A stretch of 64,000 nucleotides of DNA. Origin: an uncultured Gammaproteobacteria bacterium. Its GTDB lineage: Bacteria; Pseudomonadota; Gammaproteobacteria; JACCXJ01. Under the pieces are notes generated by a model. It was not told the DNA's origin and ran no database searches. It worked only from the letters and a program-made list of their open reading frames with translations. Positions 1 through 8,103 of this stretch are shown piece after piece. The position numbers were made by a program, and so were the translations under genes. Position 1 is the first letter of the stretch. Every line of letters begins with the position of its first letter. The stretch spans positions 151,136 through 215,135 of the forward strand of contig CAVXTM010000002.1 in the NCBI GenBank assembly GCA_963764725.1, given 5' to 3'.

Positions 1-1
1 A

Positions 2-316
2 CGCCTCGGTGCCCGCAAGGTACTCGCCTTCCATAACGGCCGCGGAAGTCAGGAAGGCCTCTTCGCCGAGCTCAAATCCGACAATCAGCTCGACTACGTG
101 CCCACCCGTACCTGGGTCGGTAACCAGATCTACCTGCTCTCGGTGCTCCTCGCCCACAACCTCGGCCGCGAGCTCCAGATGATCGTCCATCCGCCTTCGC
201 GCACAACCCTGGAGAAACGACCCGCCCTGTGGAATTTCGCGCGCCTCGACACCCTGCGGCGTCGCCTCATCCAGCGCGCAGGCCGCTTGATCCGGCCGCA
301 AGGACAGCTCACCCTG
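2..316 (+). pseudogene. IS1380-family transposase, C-terminal fragment (cut by the window edge and truncated at its 3' end)
   Basis: Frame 2 reads ..AFHNGRGSQEGLFAELKSD..VPTRTWVGNQIYLLSVLLAHNL..TLRRRLIQRAGRLIRPQGQLTL, resembling the IS1380 C-terminal region; similarity ends at about 316. Confidence 0.75.
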
Positions 317-317
317 C

Positions 318-404
318 GGCAAAGCGTGGGAGTACCTGCTGATTCCGCATGACGTGATTGCAGACAACATGAGCTTACAGGCGCTTAGGAACCACAGCGC
401 CTAG
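318..404 (+). pseudogene. Type III restriction enzyme Res subunit, extreme C-terminal remnant
   Basis: Not in the ORF track. Manual translation GKAWEYLLIPHDVIADNMSLQALRNHSA* resembles the KPWxYLLIPHD tail of type III Res proteins. Confidence 0.55.
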
Positions 405-946
405 TCTTTCTCCGACATGGCCAAAGCCCCCGCATCCGAACGCCTGCTCATCCTGGCAAAGACGCATCCGGCGCCGAGCACGAAGCACCGGGAAATCAGT
501 TGGGTCGCGGCGGTAAATGGCGACCGCAAGCTCCGCCGTTTGTGATCCCGTTGCGCCAGACCTTCGTGTTCGTCGCGCCGGACAATGACCTCGTACAGCC
601 GATTGAGCCGGTCATTGGCCTCATCGATGCGGTGAATCACGTCGACATGAATTGCATCGATGCGCTTATTCGTCTCATCGATGCGGTGTGAAAGATCGAC
701 ATGAACGGCATCGATGCGCTTATTCGTCTCGTCGATACGGTGTATGAGATCGACATGAACGGCGTCGATGCGCTTATTCGTCTCGTCGATGCGGCGGCTT
801 TGGTCGGCTAGGTGAACGTTGATGTCGTCCAGCCGCTTATTGGTGAGTTGCAGGATAGTTTTGATTTCGGCATTTTCCGCCCGGATCTGCTTGAGCTCGG
901 GTACCACGACGTCTTGAAAAAATCTCTGTAATACGCCCATCAGCAT
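401..946 (-). CDS. Coiled-coil hypothetical protein with 18-aa tandem repeats; C-terminus probably read-through
   Basis: GGAG RBS upstream; repeats of RIDETNKRIDAVHVDLxH; the last ~48 aa lie antisense to the + strand remnant. Confidence 0.65.
   Translation of the reverse strand: MLMGVLQRFFQDVVVPELKQIRAENAEIKTILQLTNKRLDDINVHLADQSRRIDETNKRIDAVHVDLIHRIDETNKRIDAVHVDLSHRIDETNKRIDAIHVDVIHRIDEANDRLNRLYEVIVRRDEHEGLAQRDHKRRSLRSPFTAATQLISRCFVLGAGCVFARMSRRSDAGALAMSEKD
417..545 (+). pseudogene. N-terminal remnant of a conserved hypothetical protein (KTYPxPSxKY-type start)
   Basis: Manual translation MAKAPASERLLILAKTHPAPSTKHREISWVAAVNGDRKLRRL*; begins 12 nt after the Res stop. Confidence 0.4.
620..793. 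repeat. 54-bp tandem repeat, about 3 copies
   Basis: tcgatgcgcttattcgtctc recurs at 54-bp spacing and encodes the 18-aa unit. Confidence 0.85.
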
Positions 947-1018
947 AGGGATCTCCGTGCAGCTTTCGATGCGTGACTAAGAGTAAAATCTAGCTTTCAA
1001 CGAGTCGGCGCCGGAGAT

Positions 1019-1156
1019 GTAGGGTGAGTATGCTGGCCGCAACTCACCGACTCGGCCCGCGTAGCTAGCCTCCTTTTCAAGCTCTACTCCAAGGTGTCGG
1101 CCTGCGCCGACGGGTTGGTGGGTTACGCCGCGAACAGCGCGGTTAACCCACCCTAC
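1019..1156. repeat. Inverted pair of GTAG-family REP palindromes (REPIN-like)
   Basis: GTAGGGTGAGT..ACTCACC at 1019-1048 and GGTGGGTTA..TAACCCACCCTAC at 1117-1156. Confidence 0.7.
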
Positions 1157-1394
1157 ATTGAAGTCATAGGGCGAGCGGGCGTGCGAGTCTGTTGAGGTCG
1201 TTTTGTTCAGCATTCAAGACGTTCGTATCTAGCATTCAACGAGTCGGCGCGGGAGACGTGTAGCGGCGAAGGCCAGCACTGCAAGTATATCTTTCCGCTT
1301 CAGATCTGCGCAACAGGCTATCTCCGGAGAATTAAACGCCGCGATTCGATGTTACCACACCCCGCTCCCTGCTGGACCAGCCGCGAATCGCCGA

Positions 1395-1640
1395 TCACAC
1401 GTCGCCTGAGGTCGATCGGATCTCATCGATCAGCTTCAAGGATCCCGGATCACCGGGTTGCGATGTTCCCAGCAACCACGCCATGATGTCCTGGTCCGCT
1501 TGGTCGAGCAGCTCGGCGAAGCGAAGTTGATCGGCTTCGGCAAGCTGGTGGTAGCGGCGATCGAGAAATCTTTCAAGGATGATATCGAGCTCGCGCATCC
1601 CGCGCCGGCAACGCCATCGGAGCCGGTCGATCGAAGTCAT
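1395..1640 (-). CDS. sdhE: Succinate dehydrogenase FAD assembly factor
   Basis: RLRWRCRRGMRELD motif; lies downstream of sdhB; start set to ATG 1640. Confidence 0.9.
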   Translation of the reverse strand: MTSIDRLRWRCRRGMRELDIILERFLDRRYHQLAEADQLRFAELLDQADQDIMAWLLGTSQPGDPGSLKLIDEIRSTSGDV

Positions 1641-1654
1641 GAGCTTAACGGGTC

Positions 1655-2434
1655 TCACAGCGCTCGCGTTAGCAGCAATTTCTTGATCTCCCCGATCGCC
1701 TTCGCCGGGTTGAGGCCCTTGGGGCAGGCCTTGGTGCAATTCATGATCGTATGGCAGCGGTACAGGCGATACGAATCTTCGAGCGCGTCGAGGCGCTCGC
1801 CCGTATTCTCGTCGCGGCTGTCGACGATCCAGCGGTAGGCCTGAAGCAGAATAGCAGGTCCGAGAAAGCGATCACCGTTCCACCAGTAACTCGGACAACC
1901 CGTCGAGCAACAGGCGCAGAGAATACATTCATACAGCCCGTCAAGTTGGGCGCGGTCTTCCTTGGTTTGCAAACGCTCGCGGGCGGGCGCCGGTGTGTCC
2001 GCCTGTAACCAGGGTTTGATCGAGGCATATTGGGCATAAAAATGCGTCAGATCGGGCACCAGATCCTTGATCACCGGCAGGTGCGGCAGGGGGTAGACGG
2101 AAACCTCCATCTCGGCGTCATCGATGGCCTTGGTGCACGCTAAGGTATTGGATCCATCGATATTCATCGCACACGAGCCACACACGCCCTCGCGGCAGGA
2201 GCGCCGGAAAGTCAAGGTGGCATCGAGCTCATTTTTTATGTAGATAAGTGCATCCAGCACCATCGGGCCGCAGCGGCTCAGATCGATATCGAAACTGTCC
2301 AATTGCGGCGGCTTACTGGCATCTGGATCATAGCGGTACACCTTAAAACGTTTGACCCGCCGAGCGCCCGCCGGCGCGGTCAAATGTTTTCCCCTCTCGA
2401 TATTCTCAAACATTGGCAATTTCATGGCACGCAT
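1655..2434 (-). CDS. sdhB: Succinate dehydrogenase iron-sulfur subunit
   Basis: [22 protein letters not shown] and [12 protein letters not shown] cluster motifs. Confidence 0.97.
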   Translation of the reverse strand: MRAMKLPMFENIERGKHLTAPAGARRVKRFKVYRYDPDASKPPQLDSFDIDLSRCGPMVLDALIYIKNELDATLTFRRSCREGVCGSCAMNIDGSNTLACTKAIDDAEMEVSVYPLPHLPVIKDLVPDLTHFYAQYASIKPWLQADTPAPARERLQTKEDRAQLDGLYECILCACCSTGCPSYWWNGDRFLGPAILLQAYRWIVDSRDENTGERLDALEDSYRLYRCHTIMNCTKACPKGLNPAKAIGEIKKLLLTRAL

Positions 2435-2470
2435 CGCTGTCCCTCGCCAAGCAGGTTGTTGATATCGTCA

Positions 2471-2523
2471 GAGGTTGTGAAAAAACCGTGGCGAGCGAGC
2501 GCAGCAGATTTTTTCACAAGCTC
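2471..2523. repeat. 53-bp MITE-like inverted repeat at the sdhA stop codon
   Basis: GAGGTTGTGAAAAAA..TTTTTTCACAAGCTC (14/15 inverted match) with TCA on both sides. Confidence 0.6.
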
Positions 2524-3186
2524 TCAGTACACGCGCGCCTTTGGCGGTATGACCTCGACTTCATCCGTGAGCGTACGCAGGTGTACCGGCCGGTAGTCGA
2601 AGCGCGCCTCGCCGCGTTCATCGAGCCAGGTCAACGTGTGCTTGAGCCAGTTCTCATCATCGCGTCGAGGATAATCCTCGCGCGCATGCGCGCCGCGGCT
2701 CTCGGTGCGGTTATGAGCCGCGCCTATACTCACCATCGCCTGTCCCAGCAAATTATCAAGCTCCAAGGTTTCCACTAGATCGGTGTTCCAGATGAGGGAA
2801 CGATCCGATACCCGCACTTCGGAAAAGGACTCTCGGATGGATTTGAATTTGTGAATTCCCTCGCCGAGCAGCTCCGCGCTCCTAAAGACCGCTGCGTGGT
2901 TCTGCATCACGCGTTGCATGTCCAGCCTGATCTTCGCGGTCGGGCGCGATCCTTGCGCGTGACGCAGTCGATCGAAACGTGTCAGTACGGCTTCGGTGAT
3001 TTCCTCGGGCAGCGGCTTGTGAGCCTGCCCGGGTTGGATATGGGCCGCGCAGTAGTTGGCCGCCGCGCGTCCGAACACGATGAGATCGAGCAGCGAATTG
3101 GACCCCAGCCGATTGGCGCCGTGGACGGAGACGCAAGCGCACTCGCCGATGGCCATGAGACCCGGCACGACCGCATCGGGATCGCC
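2524..3186 (-). pseudogene. sdhA: Succinate dehydrogenase flavoprotein, C-terminal part only (~220 aa)
   Basis: GLMAIGECACVSVHGANRLGSNSL, ESRGAHAREDYP and PPKARVY are present; the N-terminal part is replaced by IS fragments. Confidence 0.9.
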
Positions 3187-3282
3187 TTCCATAACGGGCG
3201 GGGCAGTCAGGAGGGTATCTTCGCCGAGCTCAAATCCGACAACCAGCTCGACTATGTCCCCACGCGTACTTGGGTCGGCAAT
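3182..3282 (+). mobile_element. ~100-bp internal IS1380 transposase fragment
   Basis: Close paralog of window positions 24-124; encodes AFHNGRGSQEGIFAELKSDNQLDYVPTRTWVGN with mostly synonymous differences. Confidence 0.85.
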
Positions 3283-3451
3283 CTTCGAGGACGATAAGCG
3301 CTGGTACCAGGTTTTTCACCTCCGCGACCAATGCTGCAATACCCGCTTCATCATTGCTAAAGCGTAGCGTGGTCCCAGAGGGGCGTATCGCCACATCCAA
3401 CACGGCCTTAGACACATCGATACCGACGAACACTGCGGTTATTTCGTTCAT
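3283..3451 (-). pseudogene. IS110-family recombinase, N-terminal DEDD RuvC fragment
   Basis: VFVGIDVSKAVLDVA..FSNDEAGI..IVLE, truncated after VLE; GGAG RBS upstream. Confidence 0.9.
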
Positions 3452-3459
3452 GCCATTGC

Positions 3460-3625
3460 TCCGTTACCCAACCTTGCAAAAATGCGGGCTCTTATGGGCC
3501 CAAGCAACTGTTCGGGTTGATTGAGAAAGGGACGTGGCGACGCACGCTCAGCGGCGGGATCATTGTCCCAAGGACGCACCGGTCTACCACGTCCATTACA
3601 ACACTTTGGCTCAAATAATTGACTG
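3460..3625 (-). ncRNA. Putative IS110 (IS621-like) bridge RNA
   Basis: Lies in the non-coding left end upstream of the recombinase. Target-binding loop is closed by GGACGTGG/CCACGTCC (3530-3594); donor loop reads ACAGTTGCT-TGG..TTGCAAGG (3472-3511). Boundaries approximate. Confidence 0.75.
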
Positions 3626-3719
3626 AAACCAACGTTGTGGATATGTGGAATCTTCCCTGATACCCACATATCCACAACCCAACAACAGAATAAATATCCA
3701 TAGAAAAGAAAGATACAAG

Positions 3720-5177
3720 GATGCAGCGATGAAGGGCGAAGGCTATCAAGTGAAGAGCAGCGGGAATGCATCTGACAACCGACCCGAGTCGGCCGTGACG
3801 AAGTCACGGGATGAACCTGCGGCTGGAGAACGGGATATGCCCGAGTCGATTCCAAACTCCGCGTTGCTCGAACGCGTGTTAGAACGCGCGAACCTGCAAC
3901 GTGCCCTCAAACAGTCAGAAGTAACCAAGGCGCGCCAGGCATCGATGGGATGACTGTCGAGGAGCTTCCGGACTATCTCCGACATCATTGGAGGGATATT
4001 CGCGCGCAACTGGTGGCAGGCACGTATCGCCCGCAACCGGTACGGCGTGTGGAAATCCCGAAGCCCGATGGACGCAAGCGTTTGCTCGGCATACCGACGG
4101 TGTTGGATCGCTTCATCCAACAAGCCATTGCGCAAGTCGTACAGGCGCAATGGGAACCGCACTTCCACCCCTGGAGCTACGGATTTCGCCCGCAACGCTC
4201 GGCCCACCAGGCCGTGCGGCAACTGCAGGCGGACATTCGCGAAGGTTACCGCTGGGTGGTGGATCTCGACTTGGAGGCGTTCTTTGACCGAGTTAATCAC
4301 GATCGGTTGGTTGCGCGGCTCAAACGATCCGACCATTCGCTACTCCGCCTGGTCAACCGCTATCTCAAGGCGGGGGTTCGCGTAGGCAGCCGTACGGAAG
4401 CGACGACGAGGGGGGTTCCCCAAGGCGGTCCGCTTTCGCCCGTGCTTGCCAACGTGGTGTTGGATGAACTCGACTGGGAGCTTACCCGGCGCGGCCACCG
4501 CTTTGCCCGCTATGCCGATGACTGCAACATTGTGGTCAAGAGCGAACGGGCAGGTAAGCGGGTGATGGCAAGTGTGACACGCTTTATCGAAGAATCGCTG
4601 CGGCTCACAGTGAATACGAGAAAGAGCGCGGTGGATCGCCCGTGGAAGCGCAGCTTCCTGGGCTTCACGGTCAGTCGCAACGAGGTCCGGCTCAAGGTGG
4701 CGGAGAAAGCCATCGACAAGCTCAAGGCCGAGGTGCGCGAACTGACCCGTCGTACACGAGGCTACCGTTTGGTGGATGTTGTGGCAGAGCTGAGAGAATA
4801 CCCTGCTTGGTTGGAAAGCGTACTTCGGCGTCGCCGAGGTGCTGAGCCCTCTGCGCGATGTCGACAAATGGATACGACGCAAGTTACGCTGCTATCAATG
4901 GAAGCAATGGGGACGAGCGGGCTATCGGGAACTGCGACGACGCGGTGTCACCGTGCGCGAAGCATGGAACCTGAGCAAGTCGGCGCATGGACCGTGGCGC
5001 CTCTCCAAGACCCCGGCGCTCACGCTGGCTCTGCCGGCGCGGTACTTCAGCGGTTTGGGACTGCCGAGTCTGGCAGCGAGCTAGGAATATGTTTCATCGA
5101 ACCGCCGTGTACGTGATCCGTATGCCCGGTGGTGTAGGAGGGGCGGGGGGCCGCGAGGCCTCCCCCTATCCCTGATT
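3720..5177 (+). mobile_element. Class C group II intron, 5'-truncated by IS110
   Basis: RT ORF followed by a short DV with CGC triad (GAACCGCCGTGTACG..CGTATGCCCGGTGGTGT) and DVI ending CCCCCTATCCCTGAT; upstream ribozyme domains not visible. Confidence 0.88.
3729..5084 (+). pseudogene. ltrA: Group II intron reverse transcriptase/maturase with two frameshifts (~3913 and ~4800)
   Basis: GAPGIDG, RLLGIPTVLDR, GVPQGGPLSP, RYADD and domain X GWKAYF..IRRKLR are split over three reading segments; no endonuclease domain; start could be 3729 or 3837. Confidence 0.9.
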
Positions 5178-5211
5178 AGTCGCGTCCGTTTCCGTTAATG
5201 TCAAATGCATA

Positions 5212-6813
5212 GGGTGTAGGTCTCAAACTGATCATCAGTGTGCCCTGGCGCCAGGGAATGCAACGACGTTATCGGGAGCCGCGACGTGGGCACAGTAGGT
5301 TTGCGCGAGCAACCGCCAACCGTGATCGAAGCGCTGGCTCTGCGCGAGCGCGCGCAAGGTCAAGATCGCTTGTCCGCCCGCATGCCGCCAACGCATTCCC
5401 GATCGTTTCATTCGTTGCGTCACCAGCGTCTTGCACGCCGCTTCCACCACACCTGAACCGATCGGCAACCCCAGCGCTTTTGCCCCCGCGTAGCCCATGC
5501 GCGCTCGATTGCGGCGGAAGTAGCCGAGCTCGGTCGCCAGCACCTTGCGGCGCGGATGCCGGTTGCGCTGATAGGCAAGTGTGCGGATCACCTTTTCGAC
5601 TCCATCGTGCTCCGCGCGCAGGATGTGCCGATAGGTCTCAAACTGGGTGCGCGCCTTCGGGGTGTTCTCCCCGTAGGCCACCGCAAACGCTGCCTTGAGA
5701 TGCTCGGCGGCGTGGTAGAAGTCGATGATCTCCTCACCCGCGGGCAGTTCATCGCTGAGGAAGGTCCAGTTGTCCTTGGCCCCGTCGGCGAGCTTGACCA
5801 CCCGCAGTCCCGGACGTTCTTGGAGCACGGTCGACACCTCCGCCGCTAGCATCGTCTTCAGGGTCGCTTTCTTCGACTCCGGCATCCGCGCCATGCGCAC
5901 CGTGCCCAGCCGCTCGCCTTCGGCATCGTGAAAGCTCAGCGTCGCACAGCCCACTTCTTGATAGCCGGCCGGTCCTTTCGTGTGCTTACCCTCGGCAACA
6001 CCCCGCTCGCGCTTAGCAGCGCGCCCCCCGTCCTTCATCGGTGTCATCACCCCATCGAGCGACACCGCCACCGTGACCGCCGCTTCGGGAATCCTCATCG
6101 CTCCGCGCAACTGCGCATCGAAGTGTTCCCGTTGCGCTTCCCACTGCGCCGAGCACTGCTTCGGCAACCGATCCAGACTGCTCTTCGAGGGACTCATGTT
6201 GCCCACTTCCCGAAACAACCCTTCGGCCTCCTGCGGGGTCAGATGCGCCACCGCCCACAGCGCTTGGCGCGCCGCGCGCGGGGTGAACTGACCGGCCACC
6301 ATACCCGCACGCAACTCCAACGGCACCACCGTCCCATCGCGACCACGGCGGTACAGCGTGCGCCACACCTTCACCGCACCCGCCGCGCTCAGGTAGGTCT
6401 CCGAACTGCGTAGCACCCGATGGTGCAGGTGCCCGTCAATCAGCAGCTGCGGCTGGTTCACATCCAGCCGCTCCAGCTCCTCGGCGAGGATCTCGCACTC
6501 GGCGTCCATAAATACGGCGTGCAACTCCTGTTCAAAGCGTTCGAAGTTCTCCTCCGCCCCACGACGGGCGCGCAGCTCCGCGACTGCCTTATGCAGTCGT
6601 TCGATCGCTGCGTTTGTGGCCGTGGCATCGTTTTGGGACGTGTGAAATACTGGCATCGGGGCAGCCCTCCGGAGTTCGTTGGATTAATGCACGACGAATT
6701 ATCCACGAGGACCACTGCCCCTTCATCTCCCTACCACCATGACAAATTGTCAGCTCACGCTACCCGAACGCAAAAAACTCCAATAAAACCAGATCAGTTG
6801 CCGATCTACACCC
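5212..6813 (-). mobile_element. Complete ISKra4/ISLre2-like insertion sequence, 1602 bp
   Basis: Terminal IRs GGGTGTAGGTCTCAAACTGATC and GGGTGTAGATCGGCAACTGATC (reverse complement); 8-bp TSD AATGCATA at 5204-5211 and 6814-6821. Confidence 0.92.
5235..6656 (-). CDS. ISKra4-like DDE transposase
   Basis: SLDGV, ADGAKDNW, DFYHAAEHL and PIGSGVVEAACK motifs. Confidence 0.88.
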   Translation of the reverse strand: MPVFHTSQNDATATNAAIERLHKAVAELRARRGAEENFERFEQELHAVFMDAECEILAEELERLDVNQPQLLIDGHLHHRVLRSSETYLSAAGAVKVWRTLYRRGRDGTVVPLELRAGMVAGQFTPRAARQALWAVAHLTPQEAEGLFREVGNMSPSKSSLDRLPKQCSAQWEAQREHFDAQLRGAMRIPEAAVTVAVSLDGVMTPMKDGGRAAKRERGVAEGKHTKGPAGYQEVGCATLSFHDAEGERLGTVRMARMPESKKATLKTMLAAEVSTVLQERPGLRVVKLADGAKDNWTFLSDELPAGEEIIDFYHAAEHLKAAFAVAYGENTPKARTQFETYRHILRAEHDGVEKVIRTLAYQRNRHPRRKVLATELGYFRRNRARMGYAGAKALGLPIGSGVVEAACKTLVTQRMKRSGMRWRHAGGQAILTLRALAQSQRFDHGWRLLAQTYCAHVAAPDNVVAFPGARAH

Positions 6814-6814
6814 A

Positions 6815-8020
6815 ATGCATAGCCTGATCGAAAGCATAAGCGCCTGGATACCGGTCGACCCGAGGGCGCGGCTGGAGCAGCTTCGGAGCAGAGAGAGAGG
6901 TAAAAGCAGACCGGCGCGCCTTGTCGTTGGGGAAAAACTTTCGCCCCTGGATTTTTACGTGTATCTCAAAGCACGTTTCGGACCGCCGAACGGAATCCAG
7001 ATGCCCTTGCGGAATCCATCTTCCGACAATCTCATTCACTGGCACTACACAATCGGAGGAGGGCCGGCAGTGCTGGAAATCTGGCAGGCAAATCTCAGTA
7101 TGGAGATATACCTCGAAGGTATCGAGACTCCTACGGACGCGGACTGGGATAGGCTACTTCTTGCGATCAAGGGGGACTTCGCGAACTACGGACAGAAAAT
7201 GTCCGTCGTCCGAAAGGAGTTGGAGCGCTGGCATCTCTTCATCAATCCCTACAAACGGTTACATGACGTTTTGGAACGCAGTCGTTTAGACCTAATTGCG
7301 CTTGATATTGACTCCGTCATTGTGCCAAGGACCCCGGAAACCCCGGACGACCTTAAGATGCTCTCGGAGACCATCTCCAAGCATCAAGCACGGTTCGAAG
7401 AGGCGTTGAGACTAGGTGTAACCATCCGAATGCTCGCCCCTGTTCTTGGAGAGGCATTCGTCAACTCATTGATCTTCGTTTTGGCCAAACCGGAGATCAA
7501 AGCTGATTCGCGACTATATCAGGACGTTATTCGGCGTGAGGTCGATGTGCGAATAAAAAGCTTGCATTTGCATTGCAACGGATTCGCCAAACCTGTAGAC
7601 GCCACCGCAGAGCGGTTCAAGTCTTTCCAGACGTTGATGAACGGTCGGAACGATTTTCTTCATGGCAACGTTGACCCGACAAAGTTGAAATACGACACTG
7701 TGTATTTCGACTTTCGGACCGTACCGATCTTCGAGACCCGAGCTACATTCGGCGAGATGGCACTTTCCCACAAGCTCATTCATGTCGAACCGACGGTGGC
7801 GCTATCAGATATTGAGACGGTGAAGCAATTCATTGATCTTGTACTAGAAAGTTTGCAGCCTGAGCGTCGAGAGCTCGTGCGCCGTTTCATGGAAACAACG
7901 TCACCGGGCTGGCGACCTGATACGGGTACGCCTGGTGTGCTCTTTCCGGAGCACGTCATCCACTCTGTGCTCGCGATGGGTCCGGAGAAGGAAGATGATG
8001 ATTGTGGCAACGCGAGCTAG
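6815..8020 (+). CDS. Hypothetical cassette protein with a HEPN-like RxxxxH motif
   Basis: 401-aa ORF, visibly lower GC than core genes, RNDFLH motif with an upstream EAF; stop codon overlaps an attC-like site. Confidence 0.7.
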   Translation: MHSLIESISAWIPVDPRARLEQLRSRERGKSRPARLVVGEKLSPLDFYVYLKARFGPPNGIQMPLRNPSSDNLIHWHYTIGGGPAVLEIWQANLSMEIYLEGIETPTDADWDRLLLAIKGDFANYGQKMSVVRKELERWHLFINPYKRLHDVLERSRLDLIALDIDSVIVPRTPETPDDLKMLSETISKHQARFEEALRLGVTIRMLAPVLGEAFVNSLIFVLAKPEIKADSRLYQDVIRREVDVRIKSLHLHCNGFAKPVDATAERFKSFQTLMNGRNDFLHGNVDPTKLKYDTVYFDFRTVPIFETRATFGEMALSHKLIHVEPTVALSDIETVKQFIDLVLESLQPERRELVRRFMETTSPGWRPDTGTPGVLFPEHVIHSVLAMGPEKEDDDCGNAS

Positions 8021-8083
8021 CCAACCGCTGCACCCGACGGCTCACCGCCGCGCGTTTCGCCGCGGGTGAGCGGCACGTGGGAC
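8015..8083 (+). other. Degenerate integron attC site
   Basis: AGCTAGC-CAACC-GCTGCACCCG..CGGGTGAGC-GGCAC-GTGGGAC. The R''/L''/L'/R' layout and extrahelical G are present, but the AAC and GTT triplets are mutated. Confidence 0.65.
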
Positions 8084-8103
8084 ATTCTGCTGGGAGGAGG
8101 AGA

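Larger units (their letters stand above)
3283..3719 (-). mobile_element. Left part of an IS110 element, CT core at 3718-3719
   Basis: The minus strand begins CT-TGTAT, like the right half of the IS621 donor, followed by the non-coding end, bridge RNA and recombinase start. Confidence 0.75.

Noticed and set aside
620-1260. CRISPR-like array
   Set aside because: The 54-bp repeat is coding and has no spacers; the 30-bp repeat has only two copies 239 bp apart; no cas genes.
3729-5177. RT as a retron, DGR or defence-associated RT
   Set aside because: YADD, domain X and canonical DV/DVI identify a group II intron; no template/variable repeat pair or msr-msd seen.
8002-8103. ORF-track start at 8002 for the EVE protein
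   Set aside because: It would run through the attC site; GTG 8104 has a strong RBS.
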